A stretch of DNA of 64,000 nucleotides from Bdellovibrionales bacterium (GTDB taxonomy: Bacteria > Bdellovibrionota > Bdellovibrionia > Bdellovibrionales > UBA1609): assembly GCA_965219095.1 (NCBI GenBank), contig CBDCMT010000001.1, positions 480,001 through 544,000 on the forward strand, read 5' to 3'. The translations under genes and the position numbers were made by a program. Under the pieces are notes generated by a model. That model made no database searches, was not told the origin of the DNA, and saw only the letters and a list, made by a program, of their open reading frames with translations. Positions 31,744-43,120 of this stretch are shown piece after piece (position 1 is the first letter of the stretch; each line of letters begins with the position of its first letter).

Positions 31744-33148
31744 TACCATTTCCAAAAATTAATTCGACATTCTTTTAACGCATTGCGTCCTGGCTTTTTG
31801 ATCAAACTCTGTTAAATTTTTAGAGTGTCGAAAAAAGATTTAGTTACACAAATTCAAGGGTATGATTTTCTAGCTACTTACAAAGTAGAAAGAAGTGCCA
31901 ACATCAAGATAAAACTCCAAGCTTTGCAGCATATGCAAGAAGGAAAATCGATTCAAGAAACAGCAAGTATAGTTTTCTATCACCGTCACAGTATCAAATC
32001 CTGGTTACAGTCTTTTGTAGACTTTGATTACGAGGGGTTGATAGATCGAGAAGGCAGAGGGCGCAAGCCTCGTTTACCAGTGACAGAAGAAGAGAACTTC
32101 AAAATCAAGTTAGATGAAATTCAAGACAAGAGAGAAGGAGGAAGCATAGGAGCAAAGGGAATACAGGAACTTTTAGCAAATGAATTTGACTGTTGCTATT
32201 CTCTTTCTGGGGTTTATGCTCTTTTAGACCGTCTTAATATTGTATGGATCAGTGGTCGTTCTCTTCATCCTAAAACTTCACAAGAAGCTATGGAACAGTT
32301 TAAGGAACATTTTCCAGAAGAGGTGGAGAAAATAAAGGAAAAGATTCAGACTCATAAAATAGAGATTTGGTGGCAGGATGAATGCAGAATAGGCCAGCAA
32401 GGTTCTTTAAGCAGGATTTGGGCAAGAAAAGGCACACGACCTAGAGTTGTGAGACAAAGACAATTTTTATCCACTTATATTTTTGGAGCAGTTTGTCCGG
32501 ATAAAGATAAAGGCTGTGCTTGGGTTTTACCGGAATGTAATTCAGGGATGATGCAAATTCACTTAGATGAGATATCTAAAAATATTCAAGAAAACTATCA
32601 TGGAATTGTTTTAATGGACAGAGCCAGTTGGCATACCACAGAGACTTTGATAGTTCCTAAGAATTTATCCCTGATGCCTTTACCTCCTTATAGTCCAGAA
32701 TTAAATCCCATGGAACAAGTCTGGCAACAATTACGAAGGATCAAATTATCGAATGCATGTTTTAAAAACTATGACCATATACTGAATACTTGTTGTGAGG
32801 CCTGGAATACTTTTTGCGATCAGGAGGGCAGGATTAAAAAATTATGCACTCGATCTTGGGCAAAACAACAAGATGAATCAAGCTTGTAAATTAATTTGAA
32901 CCTATAAATTAAATTGCGTAACTGATTTTTTTCATTTTACATCTTAACCTCACTTTTTTACACTTATTTTAACCCATCAATCGATTCACACAACAATAGA
33001 TATACATAAAATAAACATATCTTATGAAAACTCAACCTCCCTTCAAAAAAAACTTTTTTAAAGCCTCCTAATTGAAACTTTTCCTTAAGTCAATTTTAAA
33101 ATTTTAAATTTGAACATAAAAATGTCGAATTAATTTCTGTAATTGGTA
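31744..33148 (+). mobile_element. IS630 lineage A, full-length copy (ORF 31825-32889)
   Basis: Intact 354-aa DDE transposase and both TIRs. Confidence 0.95.
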
Positions 33149-33149
33149 T

Positions 33150-33524
33150 TATGTTTCTTTTTCAGCACAGAGGAACTCTTGTACATGTCCACAAATCCGT
33201 CTCAAAACCAAACTTTGAAGCAGGCTTCTGTAAGCCCTTTTCAATCTTGTTAATGATTTTGAGATCTATTTTTCGAGGACATCCCGATCGGCTCTTTTCT
33301 TTCAGTTCTTCAAATGATTTGTTTTTTCCATAAATTGTAAACCACCTGTAAACAGCGCTCGGATCACGACCAATATTTTTTGCTATTGTTTCAGCTGACT
33401 CACCATCTAATAGTTTTGCACAGCTCTTTTCCTATCTTCGTGTTTTGAATGCTCTCTTCTCATAACAACATTATAACTAATCTAGAAAATTATGCAAGTA
33501 TGACAAAACTTTTATGAATATCTA
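33150..33524 (-). mobile_element. IS630 lineage D, 5' remnant
   Basis: Manual translation: GESAETIAKNIGRDPSAVYRW...SRSGCPRK...PASKFGFETDLWT. Confidence 0.6.
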
Positions 33525-33581
33525 TAACTCTTCTTTAAAAGATGTAAAGGTTATTTTTTCACGAATCCTTAGGTTATGAAT

Positions 33582-34277
33582 TTATAAATAAAAATCTCTA
33601 AAAACGAAGTTTTCTTTCTTCTCCTGCTTTCCTTTTTGTATAGAAAGAGGGTTTTTAAAAAGAGGACAGTTAAAAACAAAAGTGTGAAACTCACCTTTCT
33701 CTCCACAAAGGTCTATATCTTTTGTCTTAGCATAATTCAGAAAATCATGATCAAATTTGCAGCCACAATAGAAAGGATCAATTTTTTCTGCATCTACACA
33801 GGTGATGACTGCTTCTAAGCCCCAACTTAACATATCATAGGCTAGCTTTGTTGTATCAGTTTTCCAAATGGGAAAAAGAGCTTTCATTTCAATTCCAAAT
33901 TGTAAGGATTTTTTCATTTGTCTTTCTCTATAATGACGAAGGTCTTCTAAAAACAAATCCCCAAAAGCAATCTCAGTAAAACCTTCTTCTGAAAGTTTTT
34001 TCAAGGCATCTGTCATACGTTGTTCGTATATTTCATTAATACATTGATCGGGCAGGGGGACAAGTTCTACAGGAAGCTTGAGGTTTTCTGCCTGAGCCAA
34101 GAGAAGAGATTTTCTTGTGGAATGCATAGCCACTCGATCATTAGTTTCATTAATAGTAGTAAGAAGCTTTACCACCTTTTTTTTATTTTTTAAAAGTTGA
34201 TGGAGAGTCCAAGCACTGTCTTTACCTGAACTCCAAGAAAGCAAAATGTTACTTGTGTTCACATGTGTGGCGGTCAT
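33582..34277 (-). CDS. PP-loop ATPase, diphthine-ammonia ligase/MJ0570 family
   Basis: SWSSGKDS, FGDLFLEDLR, CGEKGEFHTFV; start likely 34277 or 34262. Confidence 0.85.
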   Translation of the reverse strand: MTATHVNTSNILLSWSSGKDSAWTLHQLLKNKKKVVKLLTTINETNDRVAMHSTRKSLLLAQAENLKLPVELVPLPDQCINEIYEQRMTDALKKLSEEGFTEIAFGDLFLEDLRHYRERQMKKSLQFGIEMKALFPIWKTDTTKLAYDMLSWGLEAVITCVDAEKIDPFYCGCKFDHDFLNYAKTKDIDLCGEKGEFHTFVFNCPLFKNPLSIQKGKQEKKENFVFRDFYL

Positions 34278-34797
34278 TGCATGAAGACTTCTTTTCACAG
34301 GAGCATGAATGCCCTTTTTTATGCCTCCTATAATTATCACCGTAAGCTTTTGAATAGTTTTTTTTGTATTTAATGTAGATTTTTCTTTGGCTTTCATCCA
34401 GTAGATTTTTCTTTTTTAAAGTTATTTCATTGTAGAATTCAAACATGTTCACTCTTATCTTATGCATCTTCGTTCTATGAACATTAAGTTTATCAAAAAC
34501 TTCATTGAGTTCTCTGTCAGAGGCTCCCTCCAAAAAAAGTTTTTGTTTTTTTTCTAAGAGTTTCTGTTTTTGTCCTTTCAGGAGTTCCTTCTCAGTGGCT
34601 ACTTTTTCATGAAATGTCTTATGACTTTTATGGATTTTTTCGAATTGGGGTTTTTGTTTTTTTGTTAAATTTAACTTTTTTACCATTTGATCATATTTTT
34701 CTTTTTTATAATCAGACCTTCCATAACGAGAACCTGTCAAAAATAAAATTGATGAACTGAGTATAACAATAACTGCTAAAATATTTTTTGCTTTCAT
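34249..34797 (-). CDS. Spy/CpxP-like periplasmic helical protein
   Basis: Signal peptide, KKLNLTKKQ and LLDESQR motifs, His/Cys-rich tail. Confidence 0.6.
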   Translation of the reverse strand: MKAKNILAVIVILSSSILFLTGSRYGRSDYKKEKYDQMVKKLNLTKKQKPQFEKIHKSHKTFHEKVATEKELLKGQKQKLLEKKQKLFLEGASDRELNEVFDKLNVHRTKMHKIRVNMFEFYNEITLKKKNLLDESQRKIYIKYKKNYSKAYGDNYRRHKKGHSCSCEKKSSCNDRHTCEHK

Positions 34798-34951
34798 GAA
34801 ACCTCCCCCTCCTTTTAGTTTTTTGTTAAGCTTACCTTAAAAATTATCTTCATCCTTAGAGTTTGTCAATAGAAGCTTTTAATTGACTTAAATTTTTTTA
34901 AGCGGCAATTTCATTGACTTTTTTGTGGACTTATGTTTTATATAGGCTGGT

Positions 34952-36103
34952 ATGATCACAGAGGGTATAGCTTTAAGATTGAGCTTTTTTCTTGGTCTTT
35001 TGTTCATTATGTTTTTTTTAGAGAGTGTGAAACCAGCTCGTAGTTGGCATCATAGTCGTAAAAAAAGGCTTCTTTTTTCAGCAAGTCTTGGATTTATTAA
35101 CAATCTTGTGATTCGACTGACTGTGGCTACGCCCTTTATTTTTCTGACAAACTACATTGCAGAGCATCAGTGGGGTTTAAGCCCTTTGTTAGGACTTTCG
35201 GGACTCCCTGAAATTCTTATTACTATTTTGCTTTTTGATTTCTTAGACACTTTAAAGCATAGATGGTACCATAGAGTCCCCTTTTTTTGGAGGTTTCACA
35301 GAGTTCATCATACAGATACTCATTTAGATGTTTTGACAGCTCTTCGCTATCATCCCATTGAGTTTGTTATTTCAGCAGGGTTTAAGTGTCTTTGGATTGT
35401 GCTTTGGGGGCCTTCTATAGCGGCCTTTATAGCTTTTGAGATCTTTTTAAATGTTTGTTCTGAGTTCCATCACACGAACATTGATTTTCCTGACAAAATA
35501 GAGAAAGTGTTGAATAAGGTTATTGTAACCCCTCGCTATCATGCTATTCATCACACACGATTCAAAGATCCAGGAGATTATAATTTTGGTCTTTTTTTAA
35601 ACGTTTGGGATCATGTTTTAAACTCTTATAAAGCTCCTGAGTTAAGCCTTATTAATTTTGAAAAACTTGAGCCTTTTCAGAGGAAAACCGATCTCAATCT
35701 TATAGCCGTTTTAAAAGCACCTTTTACAAATTTTCAAATGCAAGAGGAGTTAGTTATGAAAAGTTCATCACAAAACGATGTTTTTAAGAGTATGAAAAAA
35801 AAACTCAAAAACTCTCAAGCTTTACTCCTAGATGTAAGAGAAGATAAAGAGACAGAAGAATCAGGGATTATTGAACAGGCTTTTTGTCTACCTACTTCTG
35901 ACATCTCTCACCGCTCTAAGAGATTTCAAAATTTTATTAAAACAACAGATAAAAAAAAAGAACTTTATGTTTATTGTGGCAGAGGGATTAGATCTGAAAA
36001 AATGTGTCGAATTCTCAAAAGTGAGGGCTTTGAAACAGAAAACGTCGGAGGCTTTCAAGATTTAATCCCTCATTTTACTGTCATTCGAAAATCTTTGTTA
36101 TGA
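34952..36103 (+). CDS. Sterol desaturase/fatty acid hydroxylase family protein fused to a rhodanese domain
   Basis: HRWYH, HRVHH, HH, HAIHH boxes; C-terminal LLDVRE...YCGRGIRS. Confidence 0.85.
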   Translation: MITEGIALRLSFFLGLLFIMFFLESVKPARSWHHSRKKRLLFSASLGFINNLVIRLTVATPFIFLTNYIAEHQWGLSPLLGLSGLPEILITILLFDFLDTLKHRWYHRVPFFWRFHRVHHTDTHLDVLTALRYHPIEFVISAGFKCLWIVLWGPSIAAFIAFEIFLNVCSEFHHTNIDFPDKIEKVLNKVIVTPRYHAIHHTRFKDPGDYNFGLFLNVWDHVLNSYKAPELSLINFEKLEPFQRKTDLNLIAVLKAPFTNFQMQEELVMKSSSQNDVFKSMKKKLKNSQALLLDVREDKETEESGIIEQAFCLPTSDISHRSKRFQNFIKTTDKKKELYVYCGRGIRSEKMCRILKSEGFETENVGGFQDLIPHFTVIRKSLL

Positions 36104-37242
36104 AACTAGGAATTGAAGTTCTTGATCAAAATACTTTAAAAGGACATAAGGTGGGTCTTTTAGCCCACCCAGCCTCTTTGAATCAAAATTTGCAATTTAT
36201 TTTAGATGTTTTTTCTAACATAAATGTTACCTGCCTTTTTAACCCTCAACATGGTTTTGAAGGTGTTAAACAAGATAATATGGCAGAAACTTATGATGAA
36301 AAACAACATAGTATTTATAAAATACCCCTTTATAGCCTTTATGGGAAAACAAGACGTCCTCAACCCTATATGCTTGAAAACTGTGATATTGTTGTTGTGG
36401 ACTTACAAGACGTAGGTTGTCGTATTTACACTTATATAACAACTTTATTTTACCTTTTAGAGGAGTGTAAGAAACAAGACAAAGAGGTTTGGATTTTAGA
36501 TAGGCCTAACCCCTTAGGAAGAACAGTAGAGGGAAGTTTTTTAGAAGAGGAGTTTAAAAGTTTTGTGGGAATTGCAAGGCTACCTATGAGACATGGTTTG
36601 ACCATAGGGGAGATAGCTCTTTGGTATAAGAAGCAGTATGACTTTGATGTGAAAGTTATTTCTATGGAGGGCTACGATATTAATAAAAATCCTTGGCCTT
36701 TAAGTTTTTGGGTTAATCCTAGCCCTAATCTTCCTTCTGTAGGTAGCTGTTATAATTTTGTGGGAGGAAGTCTTTTAGAAGGGACTTGGCTTTCTGAGGG
36801 AAGAGGTACGACAAGACCTTTTGAGGTGTTAGGAAGTCCCTTTATTGATCCTTTCAAAGTCAAAAAAGCCCTTCAACCTCAAGAACTCTTTTCCTCTTGC
36901 ATTTTATCTACTTGTTATTTTGAACCAACTTTTAATAAATATAAAGGGAATTTGTGTAAAGGTTTTCAAATTCATATTAAAAATTACTCTAAGTTTAAAC
37001 CTTATCGTATTTTTAGTGTTCTTTTAAAAACCATTTATAAACTTTATCCCAGTAAGGAGATTTTTAGGGATTTTACTTATGAATACGAAAACACAAGAAA
37101 AGCCTTTGACTTAATTTCAGGTAGTGGTTTTCTAAGAACTTGGATTGAAAGTCAAACCTCTTCTTATGAAGATCTTAACCAACACCTTTTAAAAGCCGAA
37201 AAAGAATGGGAAAAACAAAGGGCCGATGGTCTTATATACTGA
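36100..37242 (+). CDS. namZ: Exo-beta-N-acetylmuramidase (DUF1343)
   Basis: DLQDVGCRIYTY, DRPNP, RHGLTIGE, SEGRGTTRPFE. Confidence 0.88.
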   Translation: MKLGIEVLDQNTLKGHKVGLLAHPASLNQNLQFILDVFSNINVTCLFNPQHGFEGVKQDNMAETYDEKQHSIYKIPLYSLYGKTRRPQPYMLENCDIVVVDLQDVGCRIYTYITTLFYLLEECKKQDKEVWILDRPNPLGRTVEGSFLEEEFKSFVGIARLPMRHGLTIGEIALWYKKQYDFDVKVISMEGYDINKNPWPLSFWVNPSPNLPSVGSCYNFVGGSLLEGTWLSEGRGTTRPFEVLGSPFIDPFKVKKALQPQELFSSCILSTCYFEPTFNKYKGNLCKGFQIHIKNYSKFKPYRIFSVLLKTIYKLYPSKEIFRDFTYEYENTRKAFDLISGSGFLRTWIESQTSSYEDLNQHLLKAEKEWEKQRADGLIY

Positions 37243-37302
37243 TAGCACTATAGTACGAGTTCATCAGCATTCTTCTGGTGCAAAAAAGGAGCAAAAAAAA
37301 GA

Positions 37303-38822
37303 GCCTCCTCAAAAGAATCTGTGGGTTCCCGGAGGTTCTGGCAGTTTTCCAAGGTTATGATATAAGGCGATTTTTATAGCTTTAGAGGTTCTAAAGCCGT
37401 AAGATTTTCTCATAGTGAGTTTTACTTTGTTGTTTAAACCCTCTACAATCCCTGAGGAGAAGGCTTTTTTAGCCTTGAAGTAATTAAGAATAAGTAGCTT
37501 ATGTCTTCGTATGGTTTTTGCTTCTCTTTTCATAGGTTCAATTTTTGAAAGCATGACTCGTCTCGTCCAACTGTCTATAAATTTACCAGCCCAAGTTGGT
37601 GAAACATAGGTCCATAACTGTCGGAAGTCTTCTTTTAAAAAATAACAGCGGATACTTTTTAAATTGTACTGTATTAAATGCCTTAATTTTACTTTTTCAT
37701 AAGATTTTAAATTTTCTGCATTTTTTAACAAGGGCCATCTAGCTTTTGTTAAAAGGGGTTCATACCCGTCTTCTTTCATTTTTTTGTGTTCTGAAGCTCT
37801 CACTTCGTCTAAAGCCTTATTGAGTCTTGCTACGATATGAAACCGATCTAATATGTGTAAAGCTCCACTTGCCCTCTCCTTTATGACTTTTAAATAAGGC
37901 TTCCACATATCAGAACACACAAACCGTATATCTTTTGACTTCTCTCCTAGTAAATCAAAGAATTTTCTAAAACTCTTTTCTGTTCTTTTTTCTCCTATCC
38001 ACAACAAGCGTACACGGGTTTTGCTTATTTCATAGACTAAGGTGAGATACTGATGGTTCTTTTTCCATTGTATTTCATCTACACCTATAGCTTGTATTCC
38101 CTTTAAAACCCTTTGTTTTAAACCATATTCTACGACCCATTCTACCGAAGCATAGACCTGATTCCAACTGACATGAAACTTACAAGAAACCTCTTTCCAA
38201 GACAGGTGACGACACCAGTCTGCTAAATACTTCATGTAAAAGATCGTTAAACTCTTCTTACCATCGGCCCAAGGTAAATACTCAACTTTTACCCCACAGC
38301 AAGGACAATTAACTCTTCTTACAAAATAAACAAAAAACACCCTGTAACTTAAAATAGGAAGGGATTCAAAGTCCCGTGATGATTTACTGCTGTCATACAC
38401 TGAACAGGGCTTCTTACAAACACTACAAAAAGCTTGGCCATTTTTACGAGCCTTAATAGGAACATTAATTGACTTTCTATCTTTTGAAAAATAAATGTCT
38501 CCGTATACAAAAGACTTCCATCTTAAACAATCATTTAGTATAGTCTTCAAAAGCATCTCTTCCCTCCTTTTTTTTTTTTTTGAATAACATTTTAAGGCAT
38601 CTGGGAAGTAGGTGCTTCTTTTTTAAAATTTTAATGTAACACAGCAAATAAAAGCAAATAAAATGAATGTTTTTGAGTTCAATCACCGGAGGTGATAGAG
38701 GCCAGTAAGGGCCTCAAAGAACTCAAAAATACAAGATAGAATGTCTTACTCTTACTTTGATTAATATGAGCTCTTTTGGGGGATTTCTACTACTTTTCAC
38801 CCACAGATTCCCGGGAGGAGCC
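37303..38822 (-). mobile_element. ISL3-family element, intact transposase 37309-38556
   Basis: Zn-finger Cys pairs, IGVDE, CSDMW, DRFH, EGLNNKVK; TIRs G(G/C)CTCCTC....GAATCTGTGGGT; no TSD. Confidence 0.93.
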
Positions 38823-41455
38823 TAATTTCATAAGCTTCGAAATCACTTGTTGTATGAGATACGATCTCTATTCCCAGATCCTTAGCTGTCCTTCCCTCTC
38901 CTTCTCCTATTTTTTTAGTTTTTAAAGGCTCTTTATGAAACCAAAAAGCAAGACTTCCTTTTTTCTCTTGATCCTCTCCCAAGCTTATGAGCTTTTCTTT
39001 TAAACCTAATTCATCAAGCACTCTCCAAGCTCTCTCCAGATCAGAATTTTGCACAAATAACTTTCTTACATTCATCTTCCACCAGAACTTTGCATAACCT
39101 GTTTCTAATTTTGAAGCTGAAAATTCATTTATAATTTCTTTAATCCTCTCTAAATCTTCTTTTTTAAGCTTTAGTTCATACTGAAACATCTTAATCAAAT
39201 AACGGATGACTGAAAAGATCTCAGGATTCATACCCTCTTTGTACCTTTGAGTTTCTTTATGATTTTCTGAATCATAATAGCTTATTTCTCCTTTGAGAAG
39301 ATCTTCTAAAAGGGAAGGGTTTTTGGCATCCCACTCCTTGATGCTTCTTACTACAGGATCTTTAGATTCGGTCAGTTCTATCATCATCACAGAATAAGAA
39401 TCGGTATGCTGTTTTAATACATCTCCTCTCAATAAAGGCGCCTTTGGGCCTCTTGATTCTCTTAAAAGCCTTACCTCCCAAGCACTTTTATTGCTGTTTC
39501 CTTGAAAGTAGGGAAACTTTCTGGAAAGCTCTTCTTCTAGCCTTGAGGCTTCTTCCTCTGACCCCCCTTCTATGACTAAATCTATATCCTGAGTGGGAAA
39601 AAAGATCTTTGTGTAGTCGTAATTGAAATGTTCTTTTTGGGGTTTAAACCAGCCCTTGTTCTTATTTTTCTTTCGTTCTAGATCTTTTTTCACATAGTAA
39701 GCTAAGCTGGAGGCTGATCCTCCCAAAAGCCAAACCCGGACTCCCATTCTTTCAGCTAAGTTTTTGATGTCCCGAAGTTGTAACTGCTCACCTACATTGT
39801 TCAGTTATCCTTAACTTTAGACCTGTTTTAAGATAAAAGTCTTGCTCTTACAGATTTTCTTTTAAATACTTTTTTCAAATGACAATAAATAAGACCTCCA
39901 TCAGAAATGAGATTGAAAATATAAGAAGTGACTTTGATAAGCTTGCAAAGAAAGGTTCTGTGCCTACTGAGATTTCTGTGATTGTTGAATCTCTCTTTAA
40001 GGTTGTGAACATTCTGATTGTTGTGCTTTTAGAAAAACAGGTTCGAAAAAATTCCAGCAACAGCGGTCTTCCTCCTTCGCAAGATTTTAGTCGTCAAGGG
40101 AATCGTAATAAGAAAGCTAGTGGGAGTCAGAAAAAGGGCTCTAGACTTGATAACAGTAAAGATACAAACAGTGAGGAGACTGTCTCTCCCTCAGAGTGTT
40201 CTCAGTGTGGGATGTGTTTAAAGACAGCAGAGGTAAAAAGCCTTGAGAAGCGTAAAAAGATTGATATTTTTTATGAAATTCAGACCCATACTGTAACTTC
40301 TGAAGTTAAGGATTGTCCCTCATGTGGAGCTAGAAATAAAGGTCAATTCCCTAAAGGTATGAGTGGTCCTCTTCAGTATGGTATAGGCATTAGAGCTTCC
40401 ATCATCAATTTCATTATAGTTCAGATGCTGTCTTTTCAACGTGTTGGGGAACATTACATGGGGCTTATAGGTCGAATGATTTCTCCTGCAGTTATGTTGA
40501 GATACATTGCTGAATTAGGAGAGTTTCTTAAAAGTTGGGAAGAGCAGATGAAAGAAAAGATACTTGAATCAGAGGTCATTCATGTTGATGAGACCTCTAT
40601 GAGGGTTAAGGGTAAAAACTACTGGATTCATACTTATAGTTCAGGAGAATTAGTCTTGCAGTTTCTCCACCTTTCAGGTGGAAGGGAAGCCATAAAAGAT
40701 ATTGGTCTCTTGGATAGATATACAGGAGTGCTTGTGCATGATTGTTGGAGTCCTTACTTTTGTTATGATAAGATAACTCATGCTTTGTGTGTGGCTCACC
40801 TTTTGAGAGAGCTTAAATTTATAGAAGAAAGCAATGGATTCAAATGGGCTACAAATCTCAAAAAACTTCTTAAAGAGACTGTGGAGTTAGTTCATAAAAA
40901 AGAGTCAAGAGTTCTGACTCAAAAAGAGTACGAAACTCTTCAGAGAAGGTATAGGAGTATTCTTACAAAAGGCTTAAAAGAGCTTCCAGAATTTCCTAAG
41001 AAAAATGGCAAGAAAGGACGAATAAAGCATACACAAGCTCAAAACCTTTGGCTGCGATTTAAAAAGTATGAAGCAGAAATACTGTGTTTTTCTAAAAGAA
41101 AGAACGTAGATCCTACTAATAACAGAGCTGAAAGAGATCTAAGAATGACTAAAGTGAAAAAGAAAGTGTCAGGGTGTTTCAGAACAGAAGAAATGGCGAA
41201 ATATTTTTGTCGCATTACCAGCTATGTTAAAACAATGAGAAATAAAGGGTATTCTTCTTTAGAAGCCATCTCTATGGCTTTAAATAAAAACTTACGAGAG
41301 TGAGCAGTTACCCGAAGTTCTGGATTTGTGAGGCGAGCTTCTTTGATAGCTTCGGTGAGTTGGTCTGAACTCACATGAGTTTGTGAAAAAGTGAGCTGCG
41401 AGAATGAGAAAAAAACTGGAAAACTTAAAGCAAACAAAAAGGTTTTAAAGTTCAT
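38823..41455 (-). pseudogene. Exported nucleotidyltransferase-like protein split by IS66 and truncated by ISL3
   Basis: Removing IS66 and one TSD joins NPELR to DIKNLAERMGVRVWLLGGS in frame; GG..DID motif. Confidence 0.7.
39780..41311 (+). mobile_element. IS66-family single-ORF element (transposase 39879-41303)
   Basis: NSSNSGLPPS, HVDET, LVHDCW, TNNRAERDLR; TIR GTAACTGCTCA; 8-bp TSD CCGAAGTT. Confidence 0.95.
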
Positions 41456-41752
41456 AAAATCATATTCCTTAAAATCGTATTTATCCTTTGAAATTAACTG
41501 AAACACCCAACGTAATTATTTTTTCATCATTATTATCATTTTTTATACAGTAAGACAATTAAAAAAGTTCAACTAACTTTTTTACTATATTTTTTACAAG
41601 CTTTTTGTAAGTTTTACTAAGCTATATTTGACAGTTAATACTCTAAAGCTAAAACAAATTTTATTCCCTCGGATTGCTTCCTTTAAGTCACCTCAAAAAA
41701 CCAATTCTTGCTAGAAAAATATAAAATTTTAGCCCATAGAAAATTAAACCTT

Positions 41753-41866
41753 CCTTGACGGAAAACAAAAAATAAGGCAAAAGATGATTGAACAGAACGC
41801 AAACTGACAGACAGTTTTTTATTAACCCAGAAAGGGTAACTGTCAGATCATATAACGTCTATCACA
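41753..41866 (+). mobile_element. IS481-type right-end remnant (second copy)
   Basis: Near-identical to 28367-28526. Confidence 0.55.
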
Positions 41867-42032
41867 GGGAAGTGTTTTTTCTTGACATACTTTTTCATAG
41901 ACGTCTATTACACATTAAGAGTTCTCCTCTTCAAAAGCTTTTTCTAAAAGCTCTTGTTCTTTTAACTCTATTATCATCTATAATTGCCGTTTATTATCTT
42001 CCAGTTATGTAATTAAATTACAGGATTATTTT

Positions 42033-42803
42033 CGGTAAATCAAAAAGCAAGGTCACTGGTTTAAGCCATGATAGTGATCCTGAAGTACTTGCAGAAGGAG
42101 GTGAGCTTCTCGAGACAAATTCTAAACCCTTTAGCTGCTATTGCTTTTTAAGGCCTCAAAGGGTGTTTTCCCTTTTTTTTGATTAAGCCTGTATTTTAGG
42201 CTTACTCGAAAAAAAGGAAAAAGCAAAAAAAAGATGTAAAATAGGATTTCAAGACTTTATTTATGAACAACCAACAAAGGAGGAAAGTAAAATGTATGAT
42301 CACTATATAGTGCTTCCGTTTAAGTTTTCAGGTTTTTTCTCTAGAGAATCGACCTGAGAATCTAAGCGTATTCACTATATAGCCGTAGATTGTGCACAAA
42401 GTAACATGGCCATTTCAAGGATGACAGGCAAATCAAAAGATATTAAGACTATGGATACGATTTCAGATCTTGGGAATCTTCGTGCCTATTTAAAAACTCT
42501 GAAAGGTAAGAAGATATTGACTATCGAAGAGACTACGACTTCACAGTGGTTGTATTCAGAATTAAAGGATAGTGTTGATGAACTCATAGTCTGTGATCCT
42601 CTTCGGAACAGACTTTTAAGTGAGGGAGCTAAAACTGACAAAATTGATGCTGAAAAACTGGTTTTATTGTTACGTTCTGGTCTTTTGAAACCAGTCTTTC
42701 ACTCAGGTGATGAATTCATTTACCTTCGTAAGATTGTCAGTGGATATGAAGATGTGGTTAAAGCAGGAGTTCGTGTTAAAAACCAAAGATCAGCTCTATT
42801 TCG
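42033..42803 (+). mobile_element. IS110-family element: ~260-nt structured upstream non-coding end plus truncated DEDD transposase
   Basis: After removing the MITE, ATG 42292 reads MYDHYIAVDC...TIEET...AKTDKIDA; AAGGAGG RBS. Confidence 0.85.
42308..42377. mobile_element. 70-bp MITE related to IS630 lineage C, inserted in the IS110 gene
   Basis: TAGTGCTTCCG...CACTA imperfect TIRs, TA duplication. Confidence 0.8.
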
Positions 42804-42865
42804 GTAACTCGGTTATCTGACCGCCCTATCCAAGCCTAAAGAAAAAGGAAACCTTCTTATCAATA

Positions 42866-43120
42866 AAGAAGGTTTCCTTTTTCTTTAGGGTTTCAATCAT
42901 AGCCTAAAGGGAGGCTTCCTCCATTCCATAAACCCCTCTTGGCACGGCTCAACCAATTAGCACTGATTCTTTCACTTGTCTGCTTTCTTTCAAACTGAGC
43001 AAAATTCATCAAGTTAAAGACCATCATCTCACCTGCGGCTGTAGTGGTGTCAAACTGCTCTCTTAAGGTTACAAACTGAGTCTTATGTTTTTTGAAAAAA
43101 TCCCAAAGCTCACAAAAGTC
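42866..43120 (-). pseudogene. Large serine recombinase, catalytic-domain fragment
   Basis: EQFDTTTAAG, FAQFERKQTSERI, GGSLPLGYD*NPKEKGNLL continues into 27137. Confidence 0.85.

Noticed and set aside
37274..37282. TCTGGTGCA as attR duplicate of the tRNA-Leu 3' end
   Set aside because: Only a 9-bp match; too short to support
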